From: Pseudomonadota bacterium | GTDB taxonomy: Bacteria; Pseudomonadota; Gammaproteobacteria; Burkholderiales; Burkholderiaceae_C | Direction: 5' to 3' | Assembly (NCBI GenBank): GCA_041157045.1 | Contig: JBEBDJ010000111.1 | Span: 860-64,859 of the forward strand | Length of the DNA stretch: 64,000 nt | Part shown: positions 13,888-23,304 of the stretch, piece by piece | Position numbering within the stretch: the first letter of the stretch is position 1 | Layout of the letters: the number at the start of each line of letters is the position of its first letter | Position numbers and translations under genes: made by a program | The notes under the pieces: model-generated | The model's input: only the letters and a program-made list of their open reading frames with translations | Database searches by the model: none | Told to the model about the DNA's origin: nothing

Positions 13888-14005
13888 CAACGCGATGCGG
13901 CCACGCCGCCATCCGAGGGCCGAGGAGACAACTCTGCCAACAACATCCATCCGAACATCCCCATAAGATGTCATCCTGACGCCGCCGATGCGGCGTCTTT
14001 TTTTT
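13888..14005 (+). ncRNA. candidate small RNA
   Basis: TAAAGT -10-like hexamer at 13876, A/C-rich body with five CATCC and one GAGGAGACA, followed by a strong terminator; 5' end inferred. Confidence 0.4.
13978..14005 (+). terminator. Rho-independent terminator
   Basis: GACGCCGC-cgat-GCGGCGTC followed by T8. Confidence 0.85.
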
Positions 14006-14030
14006 GTCCCCCCGGTGCGAGAATCCGCCC

Positions 14031-14801
14031 ATGGAATTGCTGTTTGTCTCTGTGGCCTCGCTGCTGGCCGGTCTGGTCGATTCGATCGTTGGCGGCGGCG
14101 GGCTGATCCTGGTGCCGGCCCTGTTTGCCGCTTACCCGGGGGCGGCGCCGGCCACGCTCTTTGGCACCAACAAAAGCGCCTCGATCTGGGGCACGGCCAT
14201 GGCCACCTGGCAATACAGCCGCCGGGTGCAGCTGCAATGGCGCACCCTGCTGCCCACCGCCCTGGCGGCCCTGGGGGGCTCGCTGCTGGGGGCCTGGATG
14301 GTGACGATGGTGGACGCGCAGATGTTCCGCCGTGCGCTGCCGGTGATGCTGCTGCTGCTGCTGGCCTACACCCTGGTGCGCAAGGACCTGGGACAAACGC
14401 ATGCGCCCCGACACGCGGGCTGGGCGGCGCTCTGGCGCGGTTTGTTGATCGGCCTGGTGATCGGCTGGTACGACGGCTTTTTTGGGCCAGGGACCGGCAG
14501 CTTTCTGGTGCTGGCCTATGTGCGCCTGCTGGGGCACGACTTTCTGCACGCCTCGGCGCACGCCAAGCTGGTCAACGCGGCCTCGAATTTCTCGGCGCTC
14601 AGCCTGTTTGCCTGGCAAGGCCATGTCTGGTGGCACCTGGCGCTGGCCATGGCGGTGGCCAATGTGGCCGGCAGCCTGATCGGCACGCGGCTGGCGCTGC
14701 GCCATGGGGCGGGCTTTGTGCGCCGGGTCTTCATTGTGGTGGTGCTGGCGCTGGTGGCCAAGACCACCTGGGACCACTGGCTGCGCGGCACGGTCTTCTG
14801 A
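14031..14801 (+). CDS. TauE/SafE (TSUP) family exporter
   Basis: AGLVDSIVGGGGLI, GTNK, YDGFFGPGTGSF. Confidence 0.9.
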   Translation: MELLFVSVASLLAGLVDSIVGGGGLILVPALFAAYPGAAPATLFGTNKSASIWGTAMATWQYSRRVQLQWRTLLPTALAALGGSLLGAWMVTMVDAQMFRRALPVMLLLLLAYTLVRKDLGQTHAPRHAGWAALWRGLLIGLVIGWYDGFFGPGTGSFLVLAYVRLLGHDFLHASAHAKLVNAASNFSALSLFAWQGHVWWHLALAMAVANVAGSLIGTRLALRHGAGFVRRVFIVVVLALVAKTTWDHWLRGTVF

Positions 14802-14891
14802 GGCCCGCGCGCAATTCCGCGCGCCACACAAGGTCGGGGGGCTTGACCTACAGTCGAAGGCCTGTTCACTGTGTTGCCACCCCGATGTCCC

Positions 14892-15971
14892 ATGAACCGC
14901 CACCTGCTTCATTTGCTGGTCCCGCCGCTGGCCCTGGCCGTGCTGGGGGTGCTCAGCAATGCGCCGGCTGCGCTGGGCCCCGGGATGTGGGGGCTGGCGG
15001 TGCCGGCACTGGTGCTGGCGGTGCTCTCGACGGTGCACCACGCCGAGGTGGTGGCCCACCGCACCGGTGAACCCCTGGGCACGCTGATCCTGGCCCTGGC
15101 GGTCACGGTCATCGAGGTGGCGCTGATCCTGGCCTTCATGACCGGGGGCAGCCCGAACGGGGCGCAGGTGGCGCGCGACACCTTGTTCGCGGCCATCATG
15201 ATCATCTGCAATGGCGTGGTCGGGCTGTGCCTGTTGCTGGGCGGCCTGCGCCACCGCGAGCAATCGTTTCGGGTGGACGGGGTTGGCCCGGCCATGGCCA
15301 CGCTGGTGGCCCTGAGCACGCTGTCGCTGGTGCTGCCCACCTTCACCACCAGCTCGCCCGAGGGCACCTACACCGCCGCCCAGCTGCTGTTTGTGTGCCT
15401 GAGCTCGGCGGTGCTGTGGCTGGTGTTCACCTTTTTCCAGACCGTGCGGCACCGCGATTACTTCTTGCCCGAGGCGGACGCGCGCAACCCAAGCCGCCAT
15501 GCCCAGCCGCCCAGCACGCGCACCGCGCTCTGGAGCCTGGGCGCAATGGTGCTGGGCCTGCTGGCGGTGGTGGGCCTGGCCAAGTCGCTCACCCCGCTGA
15601 TCGAGTCGGGCGTGCGCGCGCTGCAGGCGCCGGCCTCGGTGGTGGGGATTGCGATTGCGCTGCTGGTGCTGCTGCCCGAGACCCTGGCCGCGCTGCGCGC
15701 CGCGCAGGCCAACCGCCTGCAAACCAGCCTGAACCTGGCCCTGGGCTCGGCGCTGGCCAGCATCGGCCTGACGATTCCCGCGGTGGTGCTGGTGGCGCTG
15801 TGGCTGGGCCTGCCGCTGACCCTGGGCCTGCAGGACAAGGACCTGGTGCTGCTGGTGCTGACCTTTGCGGTGGGCACCCTGACCCTGGCCCACGGCCGCA
15901 CCAGCATGATGCAGGGCGCGGTGCACCTGGTGATTTTTGCGGCCTTTGTGCTGTTGGCGCTGGTGCCCTGA
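14892..15971 (+). CDS. Ca2+/H+ antiporter (ChaA-like, CaCA family)
   Basis: HHAEVVAHRTGEPLG, VTVIEV, LLPETLAA, NLALGS. Confidence 0.88.
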   Translation: MNRHLLHLLVPPLALAVLGVLSNAPAALGPGMWGLAVPALVLAVLSTVHHAEVVAHRTGEPLGTLILALAVTVIEVALILAFMTGGSPNGAQVARDTLFAAIMIICNGVVGLCLLLGGLRHREQSFRVDGVGPAMATLVALSTLSLVLPTFTTSSPEGTYTAAQLLFVCLSSAVLWLVFTFFQTVRHRDYFLPEADARNPSRHAQPPSTRTALWSLGAMVLGLLAVVGLAKSLTPLIESGVRALQAPASVVGIAIALLVLLPETLAALRAAQANRLQTSLNLALGSALASIGLTIPAVVLVALWLGLPLTLGLQDKDLVLLVLTFAVGTLTLAHGRTSMMQGAVHLVIFAAFVLLALVP

Positions 15972-15977
15972 GGCGGC

Positions 15978-16895
15978 TCAGCGCCAGCGGGCGAGCCACA
16001 CCGCCGCGTACTGGGCCAGGGCCACGCCCAGCAGGATGACCAGCGCGCCCAGCAGCTTGATCCAGCTGTAGTGCTCGCCCATCAGGGCCCAGGCAAACAC
16101 ACCGGCCACCGGCGGGATCAGGTACAGCAGCGGCGCGGTGCGCGCCACGCCCAGCTGGGTGTTGATCCAGCCCCAGGCCAGCCAGCCGCCAAAGCCCGAC
16201 ACCAGCACCGCCCACCACAGGCCCAGCCAATCGAGCCCGGTCAGGGCCTGCCAGGGCACGTTGCCGGCGGTGGGCAAGGTCCAGGCAATGAGCGGCAAGC
16301 TGCCCAGCAGCGTCGAGCAGCCCATGGTGGTCAGGGCGCCGTGGCGCAGCATCACCGGCTGCGCCTGCACGGTGTAGACCGAATAAAAAATCGAGGCCAT
16401 CAGCAGCACCAGGTCGCCGCCGCCGGCGCGCCACTGGCCGCCCAGCAGCTTGTCGGAGAGAAACATCAGCATGCCCAGCAGGGCCAGCAGCACCCCGATC
16501 AGCTGCGCCGGCTGCAGGCGCTCGGCGCGCTGCCAGCGCAGCAGCAGCAAGGTAAAGAGCGGGCCCGAGGCCAGCAAGATCGCGCTGGAGAACGGCGTCG
16601 AGAGGTGCACCCCATGCACCACCACGCCCACATGCAGGGTGTGGCCCAAGACCCCGAGCCAGAGCATCTGGCCCAGCTCGCTGCGCGAGAGCTGGGGCCA
16701 CCAGCGCCCGCCGCTCAGGCGCAGCAGCAGCAGCGCCGCCACCGCGGTGATCAGGTAGCGCAGCAGCAAAAAGCCCGAGGGCTCGAGCAGGTGCAGCAGG
16801 TGTTTTTGCAAGGTGAAGTTGCCGCCCCAGACCACCACCGTGGCCAGGGCCAGCCCCAGGGCCAGGCGGTGATGGGGGTGGGGCTGGGCGCTCAT
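15978..16895 (-). CDS. DMT/EamA-family transporter
   Basis: About 10 TM helices, WGGNF, two EamA repeats, LMGE near the C-terminus. Confidence 0.85.
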   Translation of the reverse strand: MSAQPHPHHRLALGLALATVVVWGGNFTLQKHLLHLLEPSGFLLLRYLITAVAALLLLRLSGGRWWPQLSRSELGQMLWLGVLGHTLHVGVVVHGVHLSTPFSSAILLASGPLFTLLLLRWQRAERLQPAQLIGVLLALLGMLMFLSDKLLGGQWRAGGGDLVLLMASIFYSVYTVQAQPVMLRHGALTTMGCSTLLGSLPLIAWTLPTAGNVPWQALTGLDWLGLWWAVLVSGFGGWLAWGWINTQLGVARTAPLLYLIPPVAGVFAWALMGEHYSWIKLLGALVILLGVALAQYAAVWLARWR

Positions 16896-16908
16896 CGGTG
16901 TGCGGCCG

Positions 16909-18009
16909 TCAATCGGTGTGGACCGCCACCGGCACGCGCGGGGCCAGGGCGCACAGGAGCTCGTAGCCCAGCGTGCCGGCGCCCGCGGCCACCTCGTCGA
17001 CCGACAGCACGCTGCCCTGGGCCGACGCGCCCCAGAGCGTGACCTCGCTGCCCATGCCGCTGGCGGGCAGGCCGCTGAGGTCCACGCAGAGCATGTCCAT
17101 GCTGACGCGGCCCAGGGTGCGGCTGCGCTGGCCATCGATCAGCACCGGGGTGCCGGTGGGGCAGATGCGCGGGTAACCGTCGGCATAGCCGCAGGCGACG
17201 ATGCCGATGCGCATGGGGCCCTCGGCGCAAAACTGGCTGCCATAGCCCACGCGGTCGCCCGCTTGCAGGGTCTGCACCGCGATGATGCGCGCGCGCAAGC
17301 TCATGGCCGGCTGCAGCTGCCAGTCGCTGCCCGCATGCTCGGGGTGGTCGGGCGCTGCGCCGTACAGGGCAATGCCGGGGCGCACCCAGTCGGCGCTCAC
17401 ACCGGCCTGCGCCGCGTGGCGGAGCACGGCCGCGCTGTTGGAGAGGGTGCGCTCGCCCGGCAGGTCGGCGGTGGTGGCGGCAAACACCGCCATCTGCTCG
17501 GCAATGCCGCCCGGGCCATCGGCGTTGGCAAAGTGCGTCATCAAGGCCAGGTCCTCGACCTGGGGCAGGGCGTTGAGGCGGGCCCAGGCGGCGCGGTAGC
17601 GCGCCGGCGCAAAGCCCAGCCGGTTCATGCCGCTGTTCATCTTCAGGAAGACGCGGTGCGGCTGCTCGGTCTTGTGCGCGGCCAGCATGTCGATCTGCTC
17701 GGTGCAATGCACCGTGTGCCACAGGCCCAGGCGCGAGCACGCCTCCAGGTCGCGCGGCTCGAACACGCCCTCGAGCAGCAGGATGGGGCCGCGCCAGCCC
17801 AGCGCGCGCAGGCGCTGCGCCTCGTCCAGGTCGAGCAGGGCAAAGCCATCGGCACCGCGCAAGGCCTCGTAAACGCGCTCGATGCCATGGCCATAGGCAT
17901 TGGCCTTGACCACCGCCCACACGCGGGCGTCGCCAGCGCGCGCACGAAGTTGTGTCAGATTGTTGCGCAGGGCAGCGTGGTGGATGTGGGCCTGGATCGG
18001 ACGGGGCAT
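16909..18009 (-). CDS. alr: alanine racemase
   Basis: [14 protein letters not shown] site, SGMNRLG, VRPGI, GYADG, GRVSMD. Confidence 0.97.
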   Translation of the reverse strand: MPRPIQAHIHHAALRNNLTQLRARAGDARVWAVVKANAYGHGIERVYEALRGADGFALLDLDEAQRLRALGWRGPILLLEGVFEPRDLEACSRLGLWHTVHCTEQIDMLAAHKTEQPHRVFLKMNSGMNRLGFAPARYRAAWARLNALPQVEDLALMTHFANADGPGGIAEQMAVFAATTADLPGERTLSNSAAVLRHAAQAGVSADWVRPGIALYGAAPDHPEHAGSDWQLQPAMSLRARIIAVQTLQAGDRVGYGSQFCAEGPMRIGIVACGYADGYPRICPTGTPVLIDGQRSRTLGRVSMDMLCVDLSGLPASGMGSEVTLWGASAQGSVLSVDEVAAGAGTLGYELLCALAPRVPVAVHTD

Positions 18010-18151
18010 GTGGCAAGTGTGCCACCAAGCCCGGCAAATCCCTGTCATGCAGGGGCACTTGGGTCAAGAACGGGCATTCACAAATGCTTTACACTGGCGC
18101 GCGGCCAAGGGATCCTGCACCCGCTCCGGTGCGCCCAGCGCTCTCCACGAC

Positions 18152-18766
18152 ATGGAAGTTTTTGAATTTCTGATGCCCATCTTCACCGAATACGGTTATC
18201 TGGCCGTGTTCGTGATGCTGCTCATCTGCGGTTTTGGTGTGCCGGTGCCGGAGGATGTGACCCTGGTCACCGGCGGCGTGATCGCCGGCCTGGGCCACGC
18301 CGATGTGCACACCATGTTTGCCGTGGGCATGGCCGGTGTGATGGTGGGCGACGGCCTGATGTTCACCCTGGGCCGGCTGTATGGCCAGCGCATCTCGCAA
18401 CTGCCGGGCTTTCGCAAGGTGCTCACACCCGAGCGCTTTGCCAGCGCCCAGGAGGCGTTTCGCAAATACGGCAAGTGGGTGATGTTTGTGGCCCGCTTTC
18501 TGCCCGGCCTGCGCACCCCGGTGTTCTTCTCGGCCGGCATGAGCCACCGCGTGAGCTTTGCCACCTGGTTCTTCATGGACGGCTTTGCCGCCCTCATCAG
18601 CGTGCCGATCTGGGTTTACCTGGGCTACTTTGGCGCGCAGAACTGGGACTGGATGTTTGCGGTCCTGCGCCAATTCCAGCACGCCATCTTTGCCCTCTTG
18701 GGGGTGCTGGCCATCTGGCTGGTCTGGCGCTGGTGGAAAAAGCGCCGCGCGGCCGATCCCGCGTGA
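18152..18766 (+). CDS. DedA-family membrane protein
   Basis: GVPVPED, GD..FTLGR, ARFLPGLR. Confidence 0.9.
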   Translation: MEVFEFLMPIFTEYGYLAVFVMLLICGFGVPVPEDVTLVTGGVIAGLGHADVHTMFAVGMAGVMVGDGLMFTLGRLYGQRISQLPGFRKVLTPERFASAQEAFRKYGKWVMFVARFLPGLRTPVFFSAGMSHRVSFATWFFMDGFAALISVPIWVYLGYFGAQNWDWMFAVLRQFQHAIFALLGVLAIWLVWRWWKKRRAADPA

Positions 18767-19668
18767 GCCCGCTGCCGGGCCACACCGGGCTGGCCGTGGC
18801 CGGCCTCCTGCTCAACGCCCTGGTCTTTGGCCTCTCGTGGTGGCCGTTCAAGCAATTGCAGGCCATCGGCCTGCACCCCCTCTGGAGCACCGCGGTGGTG
18901 TACCTGCTGGCCTTGCTGGCGCTGCTGACCTGGTCGGCATGGCGCGGCCAGTCCATGCGCACGGGCTGGCGCGCCCATCCGGGGCTGTGGTGGCTGATGC
19001 TGGCCTCGGGCCTGACCAATGTGGGCTTCAACTGGGCCATCACCGTGGGCGATGTGGTGCGGGTGGTGCTGCTGTTTTACCTGATGCCCGCCTGGTCGGT
19101 GCTGGTGGCCTGGCTGCTGCTGGGCGAGCGCCCGCACGGCGCGGCGCTCTTGCGCGTGGCGCTGGCCCTGCTGGGCCTGTGGATCGTGCTCAAGCCTGCG
19201 GACGCCCCCTGGCCGGTGCCGCAGGACGCGGCCGATGTGCTGGCCCTGCTGGGCGGTCTGTGCTTTGCCGCCACCAATGTGGGCCTGTTCAAGCTGCGCC
19301 ACAGCCCCGAGCCCGCGCGCATGATGGCCATGTTTGGGGGTGGCGCGCTGATTCCGGCGCTGGTGGCCTTGGGCGGCAGCAGCCTGGGCCTGCTGGCCGC
19401 CCCGCCGGCGCTGGGGGCCCCCTGGTGGCCCGCGCTGGTGCTGGCCCTGGGCTTTCTGGTGGGCAACCTGACCTTGCAGTACGGCGCCGCGCGGCTGAGC
19501 GCGCACACCACCTCGCTGGTGATGCTCTCGGAAGTGGTGTTTGCCGCCGTGTCCTCGGTCGCCCTGGGCGCGGCGCAATGGCAGACGCAGACCCTGGTCG
19601 GCGGCGGCCTGATCCTGCTGGCCGCGATGCTGGCGGTGCAGCCTGCGCCGGCCCGCCCCACCCCCTGA
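18763..19668 (+). CDS. DMT/EamA-family transporter
   Basis: GTGA overlap with DedA; hydrophobic, LLFYLMPAWS, LLGE, MLSEVVFA. Confidence 0.82.
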   Translation: MSPLPGHTGLAVAGLLLNALVFGLSWWPFKQLQAIGLHPLWSTAVVYLLALLALLTWSAWRGQSMRTGWRAHPGLWWLMLASGLTNVGFNWAITVGDVVRVVLLFYLMPAWSVLVAWLLLGERPHGAALLRVALALLGLWIVLKPADAPWPVPQDAADVLALLGGLCFAATNVGLFKLRHSPEPARMMAMFGGGALIPALVALGGSSLGLLAAPPALGAPWWPALVLALGFLVGNLTLQYGAARLSAHTTSLVMLSEVVFAAVSSVALGAAQWQTQTLVGGGLILLAAMLAVQPAPARPTP

Positions 19669-19808
19669 TCCTGCGGGCGCAACGCCCCCAGGTCACCTGC
19701 GCGACCGTCGCGCACATGACCCAGCCCCAGTGAAAACCCGCATGACAGCCCGCCGTCATCGCCTTCAAATCGAGTTCAACAAGGATAGTGAACCGCAAGG
19801 AGTCGATG

Positions 19809-21296
19809 ATGAGCGTGGACGTGGTGCGCCGCCTGCAAGGCGATCTTGAGCCGGGTGATCACCCTTATCTGCAAGGGGCCTGGACCCCTCTGCATGAGGA
19901 GATCAATGCCGAGGACCTGCCGGTGATCGCCGGCCAGATCCCGACCGATATCGATGGGGTCTATCTGCGCAACACGCAGAACCCGCTGTTCCAGTCCATG
20001 GGGCGTTACCACCCCTTTGACGGCGACGGCATGATCCACATGGCCTCGTTCCAGAACGGCCGCATGCGCTACCGCAACCGCTTCGTCCAGACCAAGGGCC
20101 TGAGCGCCGAGATGGAAGCCGGGCGCCGCCTTTGGGCCGGCCTGCTCGAAGACCCCAAGCTCTCGACCCGGCCCGGCTGGGGCGCGCACGGCGGCATCAA
20201 GGACGCCTCCAGCACCGACGTGGTGGTGCACGCCGGGCGCGCGCTGACCACCTACTACCAGTGCGGCGAGGGTTACCGCATGGACCCGCTGAAGCTGGAC
20301 CAGCAAGGCCTGCCCGCCTGGTCGCCGCTGGACGGCATCTCGGCGCACTGCAAGGTCGACGAGGCCACCGGCGAGCTGCTGTTCTTCAACTACAGCACCC
20401 ACGCGCCCTATATGCACTACGGGGTGGTGGACCGCCACGACCAGCTGGTGCACTATGTGCCGGTGCCGCTGCCCGGCCCGCGCCTGCCGCACGACATGGC
20501 CTTCACCGAGCACTACGCCATCCTCAACGACTTCCCGCTGTTCTGGGACCCGGAGATGCTCAAGCGCGGTCGCCATGTGGTGCGCTTTCACCGCGACATG
20601 CCCTCGCGCTTTGGCATCATCCCGCGCCGCGGCGGCCCGGCCGATGTGCGCTGGTTCGAGGCCGCGCCCACCTTTGTGCTGCACTGGCTCAACGCCTATG
20701 AAGAGGGCGACGAGATCGTGCTGGACGGCTACTTCCAGGACGAGCCGATGCCGCGCAATTACGAGGGCGCACCCGACGGCTACGAACGCATGATGTCGTA
20801 CCTGGACCAGTACAAGATGGGCACGCGCCTGCACCGCTGGCGCTTCAATCTGCGCACCGGCCAGACGCACGAGCAGCGCCTCGATGACCGCATCCTGGAA
20901 TTTGGCATGTTCAACCAGCGCTACGCCGGCAAGCCCTACCGCTATGCCTACAGCGCGGTGCAGGTGCCGGGCATGTTCCTCTTTCACGGCTACGTCAAGC
21001 ACGACCTGCAGACCGGCCAGTCGTGGGAGATCCGCCTGCCCGAAGGCCAGTTTGCCAGCGAGGCGCCGTTCGCCCCGCGCATCAACGCCCAGGACGAGGA
21101 CGACGGCTACCTGGTGACCTTTGTCACCAACGAGAACACGCAGCGCTCCGAGGTGGTGCTGATCGATTGCAAGCGCTTTGCCGACGGCCCCGTCTGCCGG
21201 GTCGAGCTCCCGCACAAGATGTGCAGTGGCACCCACTCGTGCTGGGCCAACGGCGCCGACATGCGCGAAGGTGGCCTGCTGAGCATGCCCAGCTGA
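19809..21296 (+). CDS. carotenoid cleavage oxygenase family dioxygenase #1 (subtype A)
   Basis: YLRNTQNP, HPFDGDG, YRNRFV, EDDGY; four Fe-ligand His in SAHC, PHDM, LHWL, THSC; AGGAG RBS. Confidence 0.95.
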   Translation: MSVDVVRRLQGDLEPGDHPYLQGAWTPLHEEINAEDLPVIAGQIPTDIDGVYLRNTQNPLFQSMGRYHPFDGDGMIHMASFQNGRMRYRNRFVQTKGLSAEMEAGRRLWAGLLEDPKLSTRPGWGAHGGIKDASSTDVVVHAGRALTTYYQCGEGYRMDPLKLDQQGLPAWSPLDGISAHCKVDEATGELLFFNYSTHAPYMHYGVVDRHDQLVHYVPVPLPGPRLPHDMAFTEHYAILNDFPLFWDPEMLKRGRHVVRFHRDMPSRFGIIPRRGGPADVRWFEAAPTFVLHWLNAYEEGDEIVLDGYFQDEPMPRNYEGAPDGYERMMSYLDQYKMGTRLHRWRFNLRTGQTHEQRLDDRILEFGMFNQRYAGKPYRYAYSAVQVPGMFLFHGYVKHDLQTGQSWEIRLPEGQFASEAPFAPRINAQDEDDGYLVTFVTNENTQRSEVVLIDCKRFADGPVCRVELPHKMCSGTHSCWANGADMREGGLLSMPS

Positions 21297-21346
21297 CCCG
21301 AAACCCGGCCCCTGTTGGACCCCCCCATTTGGCGAAGGAGCGCACC

Positions 21347-22837
21347 ATGGCTTTGGACGATTTGCTGGCACCGCCGGCCCCGTACCTGATCGAGAACCCC
21401 AATCTGCAGGGCGGTTTTGCGCCGGTCACGCGCGAGATCGACAGCGCGCCGCTGGCGGTGATCGGCCAGGTGCCGGCCGACCTCAATGGCCTGTATGTGC
21501 GCAACGGCCCCTCGCCCATGCTGCCGCCCAAGGGCCGCTACCACTGGTTTGACGGCGATGGCATGCTGCACGCGGTGCACTTCCAGGGCGGCCAGGTGCG
21601 CGTGCGCAACCGCTGGGTCGAGACCGACGGGCTGCGCGCCGAGCGCGAGGCCGGTCAGCCCCTGTGGCCGGGGCTCAAGCAGCGCATGCCCGATGGCGTG
21701 CTGCCCGACGATGCGCTCAAGAACACCTCGAACACCGACGTCAAGTTCCACAACGGGCGCCTGCTGTCGATGTGGTACCGCGGCGGCTCGGTCTACCAGG
21801 TCGATCCGATGACGCTGCAGACCCTGGGCAAGCTCGAGCCCGATCCGCGCCTGGTGGGGCTGCAGATCTCGGCGCATTCGCGCGTGGACGAGCGCACCGG
21901 CGAGTTCATGTTCTTTGCCTACGGCAACCGGGCGCCCTATATGCACTACGGGGTGATCGACGCACAGGGGCAGCTGCGCACGCTGATCCCGGTGGCGCTG
22001 CCCGGCCCGCGCCTGCCGCACGACATGGCGATCACCGAGCACCACAGCATCCTGCACGACTTTCCGCTCATCAACGACCCGGCGGCGCTGGCGGCCGGGC
22101 GCTACAGCCTCGACTTCAAGCCCGACTGGCCCTCGCGCTTTGCGGTGGTGCCACGCCACGGCACCAGCGACCAGATCCGCTGGTTCGAGGCCGATCCGCG
22201 CTACATGCTGCATGTGGCCAATGCCTGGGAAGAGACCAATGCGCGCGGCGAGACCGAGATCGTGATGCTGGGCACGCCCTACGCCATGCCGCGACGCTAC
22301 GACGGGGGCCTGGACGTGCAGCGCCTCTTGCACACCATCGGCACCCAGGGCACCGATTACGAGTTCTACCAGTGGCGCTTCAACCTGCACACCGGGCAGA
22401 CGCGCGAGGGCGTGGTCGACGACATCCTGAACACCGAGTTCCCGATGATCAACGCGCGCTACCAGGGCCTGCGCACGCGCTACACCTACCATGTGCTGAT
22501 GGGGCGCATGCGCACCCTGGAGCAGCCGCACTTTGCCGGCCTGGTCAAGTACGACCTGGAGCGCGGCACGGCGGTGGCCCAGCACCCGGGCGATGGCTTC
22601 TGGTTCAGCGAGGCGCCGTTTGCCGAGCGCGACGGCGCCCAGGCCGAGGACGACGGTTACCTGGTGGGCTTTGTCTGGAACGAGCGCGAGCAACGCTCGG
22701 AGGTCTGGGTGCACGACGCGCAGGCCTTGCAGGACGGCCCGCTGGCGCGCGTGGTGCTGCCCCAGCGCGTGCCCAACGGTTTTCATGCGACCTGGGTGCC
22801 GCAAGCCCAGCTCGATCGCCACCGGGTGAGCGCATGA
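21347..22837 (+). CDS. carotenoid cleavage oxygenase family dioxygenase #2 (subtype B)
   Basis: YVRNGP, HWFDGDG, NTSNT, EFP, EDDGY; four His in SAHS, PHDM, LHVA, FHAT. Confidence 0.95.
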   Translation: MALDDLLAPPAPYLIENPNLQGGFAPVTREIDSAPLAVIGQVPADLNGLYVRNGPSPMLPPKGRYHWFDGDGMLHAVHFQGGQVRVRNRWVETDGLRAEREAGQPLWPGLKQRMPDGVLPDDALKNTSNTDVKFHNGRLLSMWYRGGSVYQVDPMTLQTLGKLEPDPRLVGLQISAHSRVDERTGEFMFFAYGNRAPYMHYGVIDAQGQLRTLIPVALPGPRLPHDMAITEHHSILHDFPLINDPAALAAGRYSLDFKPDWPSRFAVVPRHGTSDQIRWFEADPRYMLHVANAWEETNARGETEIVMLGTPYAMPRRYDGGLDVQRLLHTIGTQGTDYEFYQWRFNLHTGQTREGVVDDILNTEFPMINARYQGLRTRYTYHVLMGRMRTLEQPHFAGLVKYDLERGTAVAQHPGDGFWFSEAPFAERDGAQAEDDGYLVGFVWNEREQRSEVWVHDAQALQDGPLARVVLPQRVPNGFHATWVPQAQLDRHRVSA

Positions 22838-23304
22838 GCGGGGCCATGCAATTGCAAGCGGCGCGCGAGCGCCTGCCCGGCAGCTGGCGCCTGGTGTGCT
22901 GGGACATCCGCTACGACGATGGGCGCGCGCCCAGCTACCCTTTTGGCCCCGACGCCCAAGGCCTGATCGTCTACACCCACGACGGGGCCATGTCGGCCTG
23001 CATCGCGCGCGCTGGTCGGGCGCGCCTCTCGAGCGAGAGCGTGCGCAGCGCGCCGGTGGCCGAGCAACTGGCCGCCTTTGAGAGCTACTTCCAGTACGCC
23101 GGCACCTACCAGCTGCGCGAGCAGGACGGCGTGGTGGTGGTGGTGCACGAGGTCGAGCACGCGCTCAACCCGAACTTTGTCGGCAGCCAGCAGGTGCGCC
23201 AGGTGCAGCTGACGGCCGATGGCGGCCTGACGCTCTCGGCCAGCGACCGGCTGCCTGGTCAATCGGTGCTGCGGCACCACCGCTTGCAATGGAGGCGCGC
23301 ATGA
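22834..23304 (+). CDS. lipocalin-like domain protein
   Basis: GSWRLV, PFG...GLIVYT.DG.MS, YAGTY, H.VE.ALNPNFVG..Q.R, L.WRR pattern; no signal peptide; ATGA-coupled on both sides. Confidence 0.75.
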   Translation: MSGAMQLQAARERLPGSWRLVCWDIRYDDGRAPSYPFGPDAQGLIVYTHDGAMSACIARAGRARLSSESVRSAPVAEQLAAFESYFQYAGTYQLREQDGVVVVVHEVEHALNPNFVGSQQVRQVQLTADGGLTLSASDRLPGQSVLRHHRLQWRRA

